DNA of 64,000 nt. Source: Lama guanicoe. Taxonomy: Eukaryota. The notes below the pieces were generated by a model. It was not told the DNA's origin and made no database searches. It was given only the letters and a program-made list of their open reading frames with translations. A program made the translations under genes and the position numbers. Positions 25,454 through 38,261 of this stretch are shown here, one piece after another (the stretch's first letter is position 1; every line of letters begins with the position of its first letter). The stretch covers positions 1,143,567-1,207,566 of the forward strand of contig MU053629.1 of NCBI GenBank assembly GCA_013239625.1, in the 5' to 3' direction.

Positions 25454-27989
25454 AGGAGATTAATCACATTTCACCCAGAAGTTAAGAGGGAACGATGAAC
25501 TCCTGACCGTGCTTGTTCTCCATGGAAAGGATGTTCCATATTCAGGAAACCTCTTCAGATGGTTATGTTTGGAAGCAGAGAAACGAAGATGCATGAGATC
25601 TGTCGCTGGACGTCTAGGTAGCTTGGGAAGCCAATTTGAGCCAATGACCTAACTGGTAACGTTACCCGCCTCACCAGCACAGGGTCTTTGCTGCTGTCAG
25701 AGACGCTGGTCAACTCTGTCGTCACTGACCCAGCGTTGCTGTAGAGGTCCCAGTGTGCCCTTGAACCCATAGGCCCTGTGTTTGTTGTCTTCATCGCAGG
25801 CAATTAAAAGTTAATATTTGAAACGAATAAACTCAAGCAGAAATAATGACTTTGACTTACCGTGTGGCGAGGTCACGGCCTGCCACGTGAGTGGAGATCA
25901 CGCTCCTTCCCGGGCTCCCCCGCACAGGGCGGGCCCCAGGGGAGTGTGCCAGGCCCGGCCAGCCTTCTCCCAGGTGGAGCGAGGGACAAGCTCCGGATGG
26001 AAGCGCCAGCATGGGGCAGGGTGTTACCTGACTGTGCAGGGTGCTTTCTTCTTCTTCTTTTATGGTTTTATTGAGGTGTAATTAATGTAACATAAAATCT
26101 GAGCAGTTCTGATATATGTAGAGAAATCATCCCACAGTCAAGACACCGTACGTGTCTGTCACCTCGACCATTTCTCGTACCCCTCGGTAATGCCCTCCTC
26201 CCTCACCTCATCCCCAGGCAACCACCGCTGTGCTGTCACTCAATTTTGGTTTGCAGTGTTTAGAATTTTATACAGCTGGAACTGATATATGTGTTTGTTT
26301 ATATTTGTATTCATTCCTTCACTTTAGTTCCGTTTTAGCGCCACAGACAAAGTTTAGTCAACGTGTCCTTGGGAATTTGAACTGGAGGTGAGGGTAACTC
26401 ACACCCCAGGAGTTAAGCTGACCCCTTTGCGGGCTGGCAGGCGGCAGACCTTGGCCAGGCTTCTCCTGAGCGAGGCCAGAGTGTCACGTTACCAAGCAGA
26501 CTGGAGGCAGGGGTTTGTTGTTGACAATCCAGAAATTGTTGGCACTAGTGCCATTAGTGCCTTTCTCCTGTGGGGTTTTATGAGGTTGTGATGTGATTGG
26601 GATAAGTGTGGTGAATTCTGTTACAAGAAGGCGTTTCCTTGTCACTGCGCCGTGGAGGGTGGACCCTGCTCCGTCACTGAAGAGCCTGGCGCCGCAGGAG
26701 CCGGTGGCCTTGGCTCAGACCGGTGCCAGAGCCCTTGTTTCCTTTTCCACTTGCAAGGTGGGGCAGTGCTCCGTCTTCCCCTGGGCTTCTGGATAAGGGC
26801 GTGAAGGTGCACTGAAACAGTCAGGGGCATATAGGTGGGAGGCATCACTGAGTCTCTGGTTGACCTGTGGCCAAAATGATATTCTGACCTGCAGTAATTT
26901 TTTTATAGTGCACAGTTCCGTACCAAAAAGCACTTTGGCCCATATTTCTGCCCAGTCATTCTAAAGTGAAAGGGCACGGGTGGGGCACAGGGAGCCTCCT
27001 CTGCGACATTGTCCCAGCCTCACACCTTCTCAGTGACACCCTGTGACAGTGGCCATGGGGGGCCAGGCGTGCTGCCTGCCGAGTCCAATGTGGACATCGG
27101 TGGTGACGCCAAAATCATACCCATCGCCCAGATGGCACCTCTGCTGGCCTGTAGGCAGCCCTGGGGGGGTCTCGTTTCCTGTTGTAAGTGGATCTCAAGC
27201 TTCTCCACCCTGAAGGAAGGTGACTCCTGTCATGAGGGAAAGGGCACAGCTAACAATTCAAGAGAATCCGGTGTCAGGCGTCTGCCCCCTTTGGGATGGC
27301 TGGCTCCAGAAGAGGGGAGTCACCTTGTCTGGTGTGGAAATGTTGTGACTCCGAGGAGTTCAGGAGGGAGTGTTGGGCCGGGTGGGGAGAAAAGAGGGCA
27401 GATGGAAAATCAGGCGGAGGCAAAGCTCCTCGCACCTCTTCCCCTCGCTCCCTCCAGGGTCCCCAGCCCTCCCCTCCCTGGCCACGCCCCTTGGCCATGC
27501 CCTGGGGTCCAGGTGCTCAGTAGTGACCTGGCCTAGGGCATGGTTTTCCGTCTGCCCTCTTTTCTCCGGTCCTCCACATCAACCTCCCCGGATTCCCCCA
27601 TCCTCTGTGTCCTGTCCCCCATCCTCATTTCCCAAAGCTTGCTTCCAGTTTATTTTTGTGTGAAAGTCCTAGGTTTGACCTCACCTGCAAGAAATCACTG
27701 TGACGTGAAAAACATTTTATTTATAATTTCTCGTATTTACAGTGTATGTCTTCATTATAATCATTCTTACAGTAAATACAGAAGTGCTTAACGGACCATC
27801 ATTACAGTGGCCTGTGGTCCACCCAAGGCACAGGGACAGAAGGTGCTGTGATTTTCGTGTTTCCCAAGGGCCAGTCAGGAAGCCTCAGAGTTGAGTGCAG
27901 GGGAGAAGACTTTAAGATGGAACTTAAATGGGATTAACAGTCAATGTGGCAAAATCCTAGAATGTCTATTACAGAAACAGGTAGAGGTT

Positions 27990-28126
27990 TTTACTGGGGT
28001 TTTTTTGTTGCTGTTTTGTTTTTTTTTTTTTGTTTGTGTGTGTGTTTTTTCATCCGGTTGCTGGGGATTCAACCCAGAACCTCGTGCATGCCAAGCACAC
28101 GCTCTACCACTGAGCTATACCCTCCC
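27990..28126 (-). mobile_element. tRNA-Ala-derived SINE in the CA12 3'UTR
   Basis: Same SINE head (gggagggtatagctcagtggtagagcgtgtgcttggcatgcacgagg...) with an A-rich tail. Confidence 0.8.
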
Positions 28127-29769
28127 TCCCCTCTGGTTTTTATTGTTTGTATTAGTTGATACTAAAGAAATGGAGATGAGACTGATGAGCTCCTGTTAGT
28201 GAGAGGCAAAGAAGCCAGGGCCTTCCCCGAGTCCCTGCCAAGGCCCGGCCTCGTTTCTGTTACCCTCACCTGCTGTGCACCCAGCACAGCGCCTGGGACC
28301 CCAGGGTGGGTGTGAGGCAGGGGGGCTTCAGCACCACCGCACTGGTTTCCTTGACTGGCAGCTGGTGTCGTAGGAGTGAGTGAGACCCTGAGGAAAGGTT
28401 TCCCAGTTCCACAGCGGGACCCGCAGGAGCCCCCTACAGATTAGCAGGGCAGTGGACAGTGTTGATTTCGAAGCCTTCTGCCTCCCCAGTTTGTTTGGTC
28501 TCAGCCAAGAGGGCCAAGAGCCTGGGCTGCACGGAGGGGGAAGAGGGCAGGGGAAATGTCACTGTCCCACTGGCCCAGTAGCTGTCCCTTTTTATGAACA
28601 GCCATTGTGCCAGGTATAGTGGTCTCTCTGCTCACAGAATTTGCCCACAAAAGCTGTAGAGGGCTGTTTGAAAGGCAGCCCCACAGCTCTGGAGTGGTTT
28701 AAGTTGGTTTCTGACTGGCAGCTTTGGGCTGAGGCCAAGGAGGCATCATCTCCCGCACGCTGCTCCATCCCGAGGGTGGTCCCTGCTGTCACCTGACCAG
28801 CATCAGGCTAGCGTGCGAATGGCAATGCTGGGAGGCCACCGCAGGCTGCAGGCCATCAGCGGCCTCATGCACCCACACATCTGAGTCCCCATGGGGTCAC
28901 ATGCAACTCTGTCTAGCAGACAAGCTGCAAAGACACAGGGCTTGCTGTCACTACAGAAAGTAGAGAAGGGGGAAGGCTTCTCAGAGTCGGAGGGAGGAGT
29001 AGAGGGGAAAAGATGTTCTAAAGAAACCTAGGCTTCAAGAGGACATTCTGTGTCATCAGGATGAGAGTGGGGATCAGAAGTTTCTCTGAACCACGAGGTG
29101 CCAGGCGGGAGAGGTTGATGGTGGGGCCCCTCAGCCGAGGAACAGACTGATCTCCACGGGGCTCACACATCGATGGGAGGAGGACGAAGGAGTGAAGTCT
29201 TCTCAGAAACTGCCTTTGTGATGTGGGGGGAAGACCATGAAGCATCCTTGAAACATTCCACTCTCTCTGGTCCCTAAATACCATGGTGCCAGCCCCTGCA
29301 CAGATAACTTCCTGCTTTTATAGCTTGAAAATATATTTTAACTCAGCCACGACTTGACATCCTCCAGGTCAGAGAAGTAGGTAAGTCCCAGTTTCGGGAT
29401 GACAGTAGGGACACAGCAAAGGTGGCAGAAATGAAATTTGGGCAGAAGAGATGAGACTCTTCAGTCCTTTCGCATCTGCCTGCTGCCTCTAGATTCGGAA
29501 GCAGTTTGGGTCCTCTCAGAGTTCATGTCCACTCTGGGAGACAGAAAGCAACAACACATTTTCAAGAATAGCCTAGTTATTTAAAAATCTGTGGAGTATT
29601 AAACATAACTGCTCTGCTGACAGGAGGTTGGGTTGCGCTTAATAGTCTGTCCTTCTGACACTTGTGGCCTGACAAGTGACTTCTGATTCCAAAGTGAGAC
29701 TCTTGCAGATCTTACATGTCTTCTCACTCTAAGATCCATTCAGTGCGTCTGAGCCAAAGGACAGGACTC

Positions 29770-29809
29770 TGGGAGCGGGTGGAGCTCAGTGGCAGAGCAT
29801 TTGACTGCA
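29770..29809 (+). pseudogene. 5'-half tRNA-Cys(GCA) tailless retropseudogene
   Basis: gcgggtggagctcagtggcagagcatttgactgca resembles the tRNA-Cys 5' half (GGGGGTATAGCTCAGTGGTAGAGCATTTGACTGCA). Flanked by a perfect 15-bp direct repeat caaaggacaggactc (29755-29769, 29808-29822). Confidence 0.85.
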
Positions 29810-30448
29810 AAGGACAGGACTCGGAAAATGCCTCTGCTGTATTTCTGGGAATATCTCTTGCTTTCTTTTTGCCACTGATGCCTTGACCTTCCTGTTCCCG
29901 CCTCCCCCCACCTCCACCCCAACCCCCAGTTGTAAGGTCAGACTAAAGGTTTTGTCACAGCTGAAGAAAATCAGACCATAAGCCCTTCCCTGAGGAAAGA
30001 AACCGAGTCTCAAAAGCAAAGCCTGAGCAGAGAGAGCACGTTCTGGTCTGAAAACGTGGACAACAAGCAGAATTCCCAGGACGCTTGAGACCAGGCTCAA
30101 GTGAACCCCTGGATGAAAATGTTTTCCAGCCAGTCACAGCCCCTGGCAGGCGACGTGGGTTTGTGCCCCCAGGTTGCAGACCTCTGAGTGGTCTCACACA
30201 GAGGAAGCAGACAGCGCAGAGTCCTCGCCTCCCTGGTGAGCTCTTCCCATCCGTGATCCCACAGAGGGTGGCAGGGCAGCGAGGTGGCGGGGCGCCCTGC
30301 TGGACACCCCCCAGGGGTCTGGGGTCTTTGTGGGTTGAGCTCCAGAGAACCCTCAGGTATTTGAAGCATCCAGGGAGCCATAGCGTGTAGCGTCCAAAGC
30401 CGAGTCCTTCCCTGGATGTGCCTGGATGTGCCTGGACGTGCCGGGGCC

Positions 30449-30521
30449 TCAGGCGTGGGCCTCGGACTCCTGCTTGGTGGCCGGTTTGTAGATGACACCT
30501 TTGTTACCACTTTTTTTGCTA
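30449..30521 (-). CDS. CA12: CA12 exon 11 coding part (73 bp to TGA)
   Basis: SKKSGNKGVIYKPATKQESEAHA*, matching the CA XII cytoplasmic tail ending EAHA. Confidence 0.96.
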
Positions 30522-31241
30522 CTAGAACAAGAACACACGAGTCTTGTTAGTCAAAGAGGACAGAGAGGCAAGAGCAGCCTGACTCGGCTAGATTTTAGGG
30601 GTCAGATTCCTCACTTGGGGAAATGCCCCCTCCAGTAAAGCCTTAACCCAAATGGAACCTGTTCATTTTTCAGCTGTTCCCTTTTATCACTTGACAATAC
30701 TAGACCTGCATTTTGACGAAGGCCTCATTCCCGCCCCATTTCAGATATCTGATTCCAACAGGGTTTGTGACCACCTTTTTTTTTTTTCATACCAGCCAAA
30801 ATAGGCTTTAGGAAAAACTAGCTGTGACAATAAAAACATGAGCAAAGAGCATTAATGTGAGTGAGAAGTCAGGTTTTCCCTCGTTTTTCTTTTTGGGTTC
30901 GGAGAAGAAAAACCAGGTGTAAAGATCTTAGAAAGGCAGCCTCGTTGCTCGTGTGGAGGCAGGTGGGGCCTCCCCTCCAAATCACAGGGCTTGTGCAAGG
31001 GTTTAGCTGCGGCAGCCAGGCTGGCAGACACACCTCCAACTCTGGGCACAGTGACCCTTGACCCCCAGCACCAGCGTCTCATGCGGAGGCCGGGGTCAGT
31101 GGTGTTTGGGAGATGCGCTCCTAGGAGAAGTGTTGGTACAGGTGACAGGGGCCCTTCTTTCTGCGGGCTGCCTTCCCAGACAGATCAATCCTCATGGACA
31201 CATGGGCCACCCACTCCCATCTCAAACCCAAACCGGCTCAC

Positions 31242-31329
31242 CTCTTCTTCCTTCTGAAAAGCCAAATAGATACTGCCAGGACAATACAGATGCCGAGAAC
31301 GCCGGCCAAGGCCACGGAAAGGGCGATGC
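31242..31329 (-). CDS. CA12: CA12 exon 10 (88 bp, transmembrane helix)
   Basis: (G)[28 protein letters not shown](S); hydrophobic helix followed by a basic stop-transfer segment; canonical splice sites. Confidence 0.96.
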
Positions 31330-31544
31330 CTGGTGAGGAGGCAGGGCACACGCACGTTACAACCCTCCCTCCCCCTTTGTCTCCCGCCACAGCACGTGTG
31401 TGTGCAGTCAGTGACAACTGCACAGCCTGCCACGGGCAGGCGTAACTCCCCCACCTCTGCTCTCAGGTTCTGGTCTTCGGCTTATCAGGACTGGCTGGAG
31501 TACTTAGAGGGGTCCATCTGCAAAACGGCAGCGATTCTCCAATA

Positions 31545-31725
31545 AGGGCTCTCAAACGTGCACCAGGATCATCTAAAAAGCCTGTTTCAAATGTAGACTT
31601 TTCTTGAGCCCAACCCTCAGAGACTCTGATTCAGGCTGGAGTTTGGCCCAGGAATCTGCATTTTTACCAAACACCTCTAGCTGATGCTGGTGTGCATTGT
31701 CCATGCACCACGCTTTGAGAAACCC
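31545..31725. mobile_element. MER5A-like element
   Basis: ctctcaaac...cagagactctgattcag...ggcccaggaatctgcattttt...ctttgagaaacc. Confidence 0.65.
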
Positions 31726-32196
31726 TGGGCCATGGGGTGAGAGCTCATTCCATCTTTGTTTGCTGGATTTAAGGCCTGTTGGGATGCCTCTTTCTCAGTT
31801 TTGCCCTCAGGCTCCATTGCACAGTCCTAAGCAGTCCAAAGCTACCAGGACCCATTGCCAAGGTCACTTGGCTGGTCACCCAGCCTCAATACTGGGCCGA
31901 GGCCGGGTTTTTAGGCAATAGCTTCCCGCCATGGCCAACAGAAGGTCTTGGATAGGTCTTTGAATGTCCACATGCTATAAAGTGATTGGCTCTTTCATTA
32001 GGGGAGCATTTGATTGGCAGTTCATTTCTGAAACAGAGTGACTGGAGGGTAAGACACACAGTGAGGGGGTGGCCAGGAGTCAGAGTGACAGCACAGAGAA
32101 GCAGAGAGGATGGACTGGAAGTATCACAGGCCCAAATCACACCAAGAATCACAGCGATCACCCAGCTTCAGCATGCACGGCCGGCCGGCCACATAC

Positions 32197-32229
32197 CCAG
32201 ACTCAGTCCTGCGTAGGTAAGGTCTTGTA
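32197..32229 (-). CDS. CA12: CA12 exon 9 (33 bp micro-exon, known to be alternatively spliced)
   Basis: ctctcctttgaAG acceptor and TGG|GTATGT donor. (V)QDLTYAGLSL(G) matches human VQVCTAAGLSLG; frame-preserving. Confidence 0.9.
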
Positions 32230-35200
32230 CTTCAAAGGAGAGAGGAAAAGATGGGAAATTAACCAAGTCAAACCATGGCAGATGTGACCAATGCACTGAG
32301 CTCGACCTTTTGTTGGGTTGGAGGTACAGGGCTGACGCAGCCCTTCTGGGGGTGTTCACTGTTGCCTCAAGTGCTTGATGGGTTAGAGGGCGTTGCCCAC
32401 CCAGGGAATTCACACCATGATCCCCCCCCACCGATGCTCCTTTATCACAGCCGTCTCTGCTCAGGTGAGACTTCAGTTTTTAGTACAACGTGGTCAGTGG
32501 GGAAAGTGAGGAAGTGGGGAGAATCAGAGTCTAGCTGGGTGGGCTGTTACCTGCTTCTCTAGGACCTGCGCCTCCTCAGCAAGGAGCCTAGTAGGTTCTG
32601 GCTGGCTGGGGCTGGCGGAGCTTGGTTGGAATCTGTCACCTGTCTTCTGCCCCATCCCCATCCAGTGCTGCTGTCACGGTTTGGTTCTATTTGCTTTGGC
32701 CCCAGTGGACAAACTGGAGCAACCCCTCCACTACCAGCCTCCCTTCCCTGCTGCCTGGAACCAGGGCTCCTCAGCAAGTTCTTGTTGGGGATGAATGGTG
32801 ATGAGTTAGGGGTCCTCAGTGGGGCTGAAATAGTGCCCAGCGATCTAAGTGAAATCCCATAGTCAGCCTAGTGGAGACCCCCCTGGGGAGGGTAGTGGGT
32901 GAGTCCCTCCTCTCGGGTGACACAGAGGAGCCCCGTCATGAAGCCCCCAGGGCACCCCTGCTGCTGCTTCCAGCGCCTCAGAACTGCTCCCCTTTCTCCC
33001 AGTCAGGTCCTCCATCTAAAGAAAGTCTGCTTACACAGACGCTTGTCTGGCGGTTTTCTGACCTCAGTAGATACTTCTAGCTTGTGTGTATGTGTGTGTG
33101 TGTGATTGTTGCCGGCGGTGGGTGGGGGGGTGTTCCAGTTCACACTGAAATCCAGCGCTGTGCAGATGGTGGCCACCCAGCCCGACTCAGGAGAGCCCTG
33201 TGCCCACAGAGCCCACCGTGGTGACTGAGACCCTGGGAGAGCCCTGCTGAGTGTGAGATGCCAGCAGAGGGCCAGAGACACCCCCTCCCTGGGGTACTTG
33301 ACACCCCCGGGAACCAGCCCTGAGAGCAGGGTGAGGTTTTGCTCAACCCCTTCTCCTACCATACGGCCTGAGCCTGCTGATTCCCTGGAGCCATCAGTCC
33401 TTTGTCCTTTCCCTACTATCCTCTTCCTGGTCCAAGGCTGGCCCGCGTCCCCGGTCTGGCTTCCCCAGGTGGCCCTGGGCTGTTGTAAGGACAGGCAGAA
33501 CAAGCAGGGAGGGGAGCCATCCATGAAGTGCAGGGTAGCCTGTTCTCTTGGCCCTTGCTGGCCGCCACCAGCAGCCCATGACCTCCCAGGTGATGGACAG
33601 CGTGGCTCCCCTGGCCTGGTTCCCTGGCCCCAGCATCTTGTAGCCTGATACAAGGACCAGTCTGTGGCTTGGGGAGACGCGCAGGACGTGAGCCTCCCCC
33701 TGAGGAGAGTGTCAAGTGTTTGTACAACACATGCTCTGTTTCCTGCATGGCCTGTGGCCCTCTGCACACTATAATTTGGTATTTTAGGTTTGTTTTTTTT
33801 TTTCAAGGTACCTAGAGGCAAGCAAGTCCTCTAGGATCTTAGAAACAACTACCAAAGAAAAAAAACCCCAACTAGTCGTGTTTTCTTTTCCAAGCCTTTT
33901 TGATGAAATGCACTTCAGTTCCAGATGCACAAGCTCCAAATGCTTGTGGTCCTAAACTGGTTCTCCCCACATAGGACTGTTTGCTAGTTAGCCTAACCAC
34001 TTGGTTAGGCCATCCAAACTGGACAGTTTCTCAAGTTGTGGCTTTCAGTCACCCCAAACACCCTGAAAGCCACACAGGCCCCCAGACAGCTGAGAGCCCC
34101 AGTCCGGGCCTGGAGGAGGTGCCTGTAAGCCTGATCCTGGGGAGCTGAGCGAAGGCTCTGGGAGCAAGGCCCCAGGCATGAGACTTTTCTCAAGAGCATG
34201 TGGGCCAGCTGGGTGGCTTATCTGGAGGGAGAGCCTGGCTCCCCTGGGTCACTGAGCAGTGTCCTTGGCTGATCAGGAGCCATAAACAAGAGCCTAATTT
34301 AATCCAGGGCTCTAACCTAGCTTCCTTGCTCCTGGATGATGACTTCCTAGGGCCCGAGCTACCTCTCCTTGGAAACAATGAAACGAGACCAAGCAAGTCC
34401 CAAGACAAGAAGATCCCCAGACACTGAAACAAGTGCTTTTCAGCCAAGAGTCTGATGTAGCAAAAATAAAGCAGCTTGACTGAGAAAGCCAAGAGCAGAA
34501 GCCACTCGGCGAGAGGAATGGTGGTGAGGGGGGTGCCTTGTAAGAATTCTACCCTCCAGGAAATCCAAAGCAGGAAGATGATGTCGGGGTGCTGCCCCTG
34601 ACCTTGGAGACAGCACTGAGCATCAAGGAGCAGGGCTTCCCTGCAGAGCTGGATGAAGCACAGGGCTTAGGTCTCCTTGGAGCCAGGTGCCAGAGCATCT
34701 GCTAACTGAAGGGACAGGGAAAGTGACAGAAGGCACAGGGGGAACTGTGGGGACGACTGAAGAACCAGAGCCCAGAGAGAGAAGCCAAAGCCCGCATCCC
34801 CGCACAGCCTCCGGGATGGTGCAGAGAACAGGCATCAGAGATGGTGCGGGGAGCGGCAGAGGCAGAGAGAGTCACTTGCAGAGAAAACAAAGATGGTTTC
34901 TGAGTGGCAAATGAGACAGGCAGTCCCCACGGAAGAAAGTGGGACAGACGGGAGAAATGAGTCAGACTGGCTGACGGAGATGGCCCATGAGAGCCACGGA
35001 TGAGAACGCAAAGAAGGGGCTCCTGAGCTGGCAGGTAGGAGGGTGTGCGCTGCACGGACGTGGGAGAGCTGCCTGCTCGCCAAAAAGTGCTCCGGGATGA
35101 GTCAGGACGGGCAGAGGTAGGGCAGGACGACACACAGAAGGACATCACACAGACACAGAAGAACTCCAATGCCACAAGCCTCACCCGGGAAGGTACAGGC

Positions 35201-38200
35201 CCCCGAGAAGATGGGCAGGCTGCTCACCACCGGGCGCTGCGGCCTGTCCTGGCTGGCTCGGGAGCTGCGTCTTCCACCGGCATCTTGCTGGGCCGAGACT
35301 TGCTGTGTGTTTGCTGTGTTTGAGGTCTTCTGAAGCCTCAAGTGCAAACACAGGAAAGTCCAGCGGGAGGAACCAGCACCTCATTTACACAGCTTGTGGT
35401 TCCTGGAACACGTCTGGCATTCTCTAGGTCTATTGGCAGTTCTGTTTATTCAAACAGCATTTTGAATAAACAACAATATAGTCCTTTTCCTTTCAAAGTA
35501 TTGTTTTAAAGTAGGGACTGTTTGGCAGTGATTAGATTTGTATACAGATAGGAATATGCATACGCAGTCTCCAGTCTTATCCAAGAGGCAGTTTGGGTTT
35601 AGCAGGGATTTGAGAGTTGATAAAATCAGTTTCAGATGGTAAAATTCTTATTATTATGCTTAATACAAGTCATAGACTCAAGTGTCTGAAATGCTAGTCC
35701 TCTCTTTGGTTGCTGCTTTGGTCCAGAAAAGCGAGGAAGGTGCCCTCAGAACCACACAGCATAACTGTCTTTGGAGGGTATATTTAACTGGAGTTTTCTT
35801 AACACCATGGAAGCCAGTAAAGAAATAATTTCTATAGATAAGTCTGCGCAAAAGATACAACCAGATTACGTGAGAGAGCTGGGTTTTTACAACCTTGATA
35901 GGAGCTGAGGGCTTTGCCTTCCTGATTGCAGGCATGCAGGCCCAGAAGTGAGAGCCGTGTTGCTCTGAGGGGCCTAAACCCAGGGGCAGTGGGCTCAGGT
36001 GACAGTGCAGCACTGGGTGCTTCCTGCTCTCAGCTCCCTCCAGGGGCCAGGCTGGCTGTGCTGCAGGAGGGATGCGTGGTGGGACCAGGGCTCTAACCCC
36101 CGTCAGGCCAGAGGACAGAAGGCCTGACAGCATCCCTCGGTGACTCCCTCCCAGACCTTCCACACTCGACAGCCACATTCTGGTCATTAAGTTTTCCTAG
36201 ACAAAAAGATTGATTTTCATGCTGTTGGTATGTTTGATACCAAAGCAAGATAAGACTTAATAAAATTCAGGCTTGCCAACTGGTCAGGCTTCTGTTTAGA
36301 TAACTTTGCAGAGAAGACCCTGGGGAGGTGGGGGTGGGACACGGGCCCTTTTCATTCTCTCAAACTGGTAATGAACACCAGGCACAGTGCCAGGGACAGA
36401 ACGTAAGATCTCATCGCCTGCTTTCAGGGGCTTGTGGTGTATGGATGATAGAGGCGTATTTTTTGTTTTTCTACACGGTAATAAATTGTCCCCCTGTGGT
36501 ACGCTAAGAGCTGTGACAGATGAACCAGTTGTCCAGCTGCACTGAGGCAGGGGACTGTAGGTCACCTTCAGGGGTTCGGGGAACACTCCTGGCAGGATAC
36601 AATCAGAGTTGAGTCTTGAAAGAACTTTCCAGGTGGAAGAGGTGAAGGGCATCCTAGATAAAGGGACTGGTGTGTGCAAAAGTCAATACTGTGCACACAT
36701 GAAAGCACCTGCCATGTGGAGGGAGGCCCCATGGGGCAGGATGGGAGCCCGGGGGAGACACGTTGTATGGGTCAGCCGGTGCTGAACCACAAACAGTGGT
36801 CCCAGCTTTCTGTTTGACCCCTTTGCCCGCTGTCTGTCCTCAACGTGGGCTGCTCTGTGCCAGAGGCTAGTTGTGGGGAGCCAGGGAGCATCCATGGTAG
36901 CGATGCTCACATGTGGCATGCTCAGGAACCACATGGCGTGCTGCCCTGCCTTAGATGAAGGGACGAGGACTTCCCTTCTTAGCACATGTGACCATCGCTG
37001 CTGACTGTTCAGCCCCTGTATCCAGGGGGAGTTTGGAGGTGGGAAGTGTTCTTTCATTTGGATGCTTTGGAAGAACTGCTACTTTCCTATCCCATAGAAT
37101 TTATTTATAAATAGGAACTTTTAGAAACACAAGGTCAATAACCACAAAGCATACATTCTAATGTCAAAGAATTAGGTAATTAGCCATCTTAGCTTGGTCA
37201 GATTTTTTTCTCTCTCTTTTGCAAAGGTTTCATGAAACTACCCAAGCAGATTCTAATCATGCTACTCCACAAACTGGCTGAGGGGGACAGCCTTCCCCTC
37301 TACTGCCCAGCGCTCTTGCCTAAGTGTCGCCTCAGCTGGCTCCGGGCTCCGCGCATGACTTGCACATGCTCGGAGCAGGCCCACTAAAGACATGATTATA
37401 GAAACTTTGGCTTCCTTATGTCCTTCAAGTTTCCTTTGCCCTGACGTGTTGACAGGAGAACTTGATAGCATTAGTACTTAGGTTTGATGGGTCTGGCTTT
37501 ATTACCCTTTGCCATCTGGCCCCAGCATCGGTGTCTTTGGCTGGGAAGAGGTCAACTTCAAGAACCCAAGAACTGGGCCCCTGGACTCTATAAATCTGCC
37601 TCTGCCATCTTCTTCCTTCCCTGCATCAGGCTTCTGAGTCCTGTGAGATCTGGACTGGTCCCAGGAGGTGTTCCTCTACCCCACCCCCCGCCCCGCCCTC
37701 CTGGAGGACAACGAGCCTTGCTTCCCCTCCTCAGCTCCAGGCTTCCCTTGTGCAGCTGGGAAGAGGCACCTTGTAAGAGCTGAAAAAAGCGCTCGGCATG
37801 ACTTTCACCTCTTTTAAAGAGCGGGCATTTTAACCAAAGGCAACAAGAAACAACAGAGATGAAAGACAAAATTGTACAACAGGGAGGGAGGGGCAGAATG
37901 ATGAGGGGAGTCTGAAGAAAGTTCCAGTCTCAGAGGCGCCTAGACCCCGGTGAAGGGATGTGTCCACTTTCCTTGGGGTGAATAGTTCTGTCTCCACTTC
38001 TCTTCGCTTTGGGTCTACCCAGTTATATGCGAAGAATATATACCCCAATTCTACAGGAAGATGGAGAACACAGTTCCTCTTGAATCTGGGTGCTCTGCCT
38101 TAGTAACTCCATCCTTTTGTTTCAGCGGTGACCACCACCAGACTGAAGACATCATGCCATGATGGAGCAAAGACCAGGGCATGTGATGTAAAACCCTGGA

Positions 38201-38261
38201 ATCCTGCAATTCGAGTGGAAGAGAAAGTTCTGGGCTGAGGAAAGTCATTGTACAATCCCCG

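Larger units (their letters stand above)
27700..30448 (-). other. CA12: CA12 3'UTR (approximate), AATAAA at 27721-27716
   Basis: tttatt on + at 27716-27721 in an AT-rich context ~2.7 kb past the stop; a second tttatt at 27649-27654. The end is inferred. Confidence 0.6.

Noticed and set aside
33260..33275. CTCF-like cores (ccagcagagggc; others at ~42260 and ~50491)
   Set aside because: Partial motif matches in GC-rich DNA; not supportable without ChIP or conservation data.
33003..33821. Longest ORF in the track (272 aa, minus strand)
   Set aside because: Lies in CA12 intron 8, runs through a (CA)n repeat, has low-complexity GC-driven composition and no recognisable domain; most likely a chance ORF.
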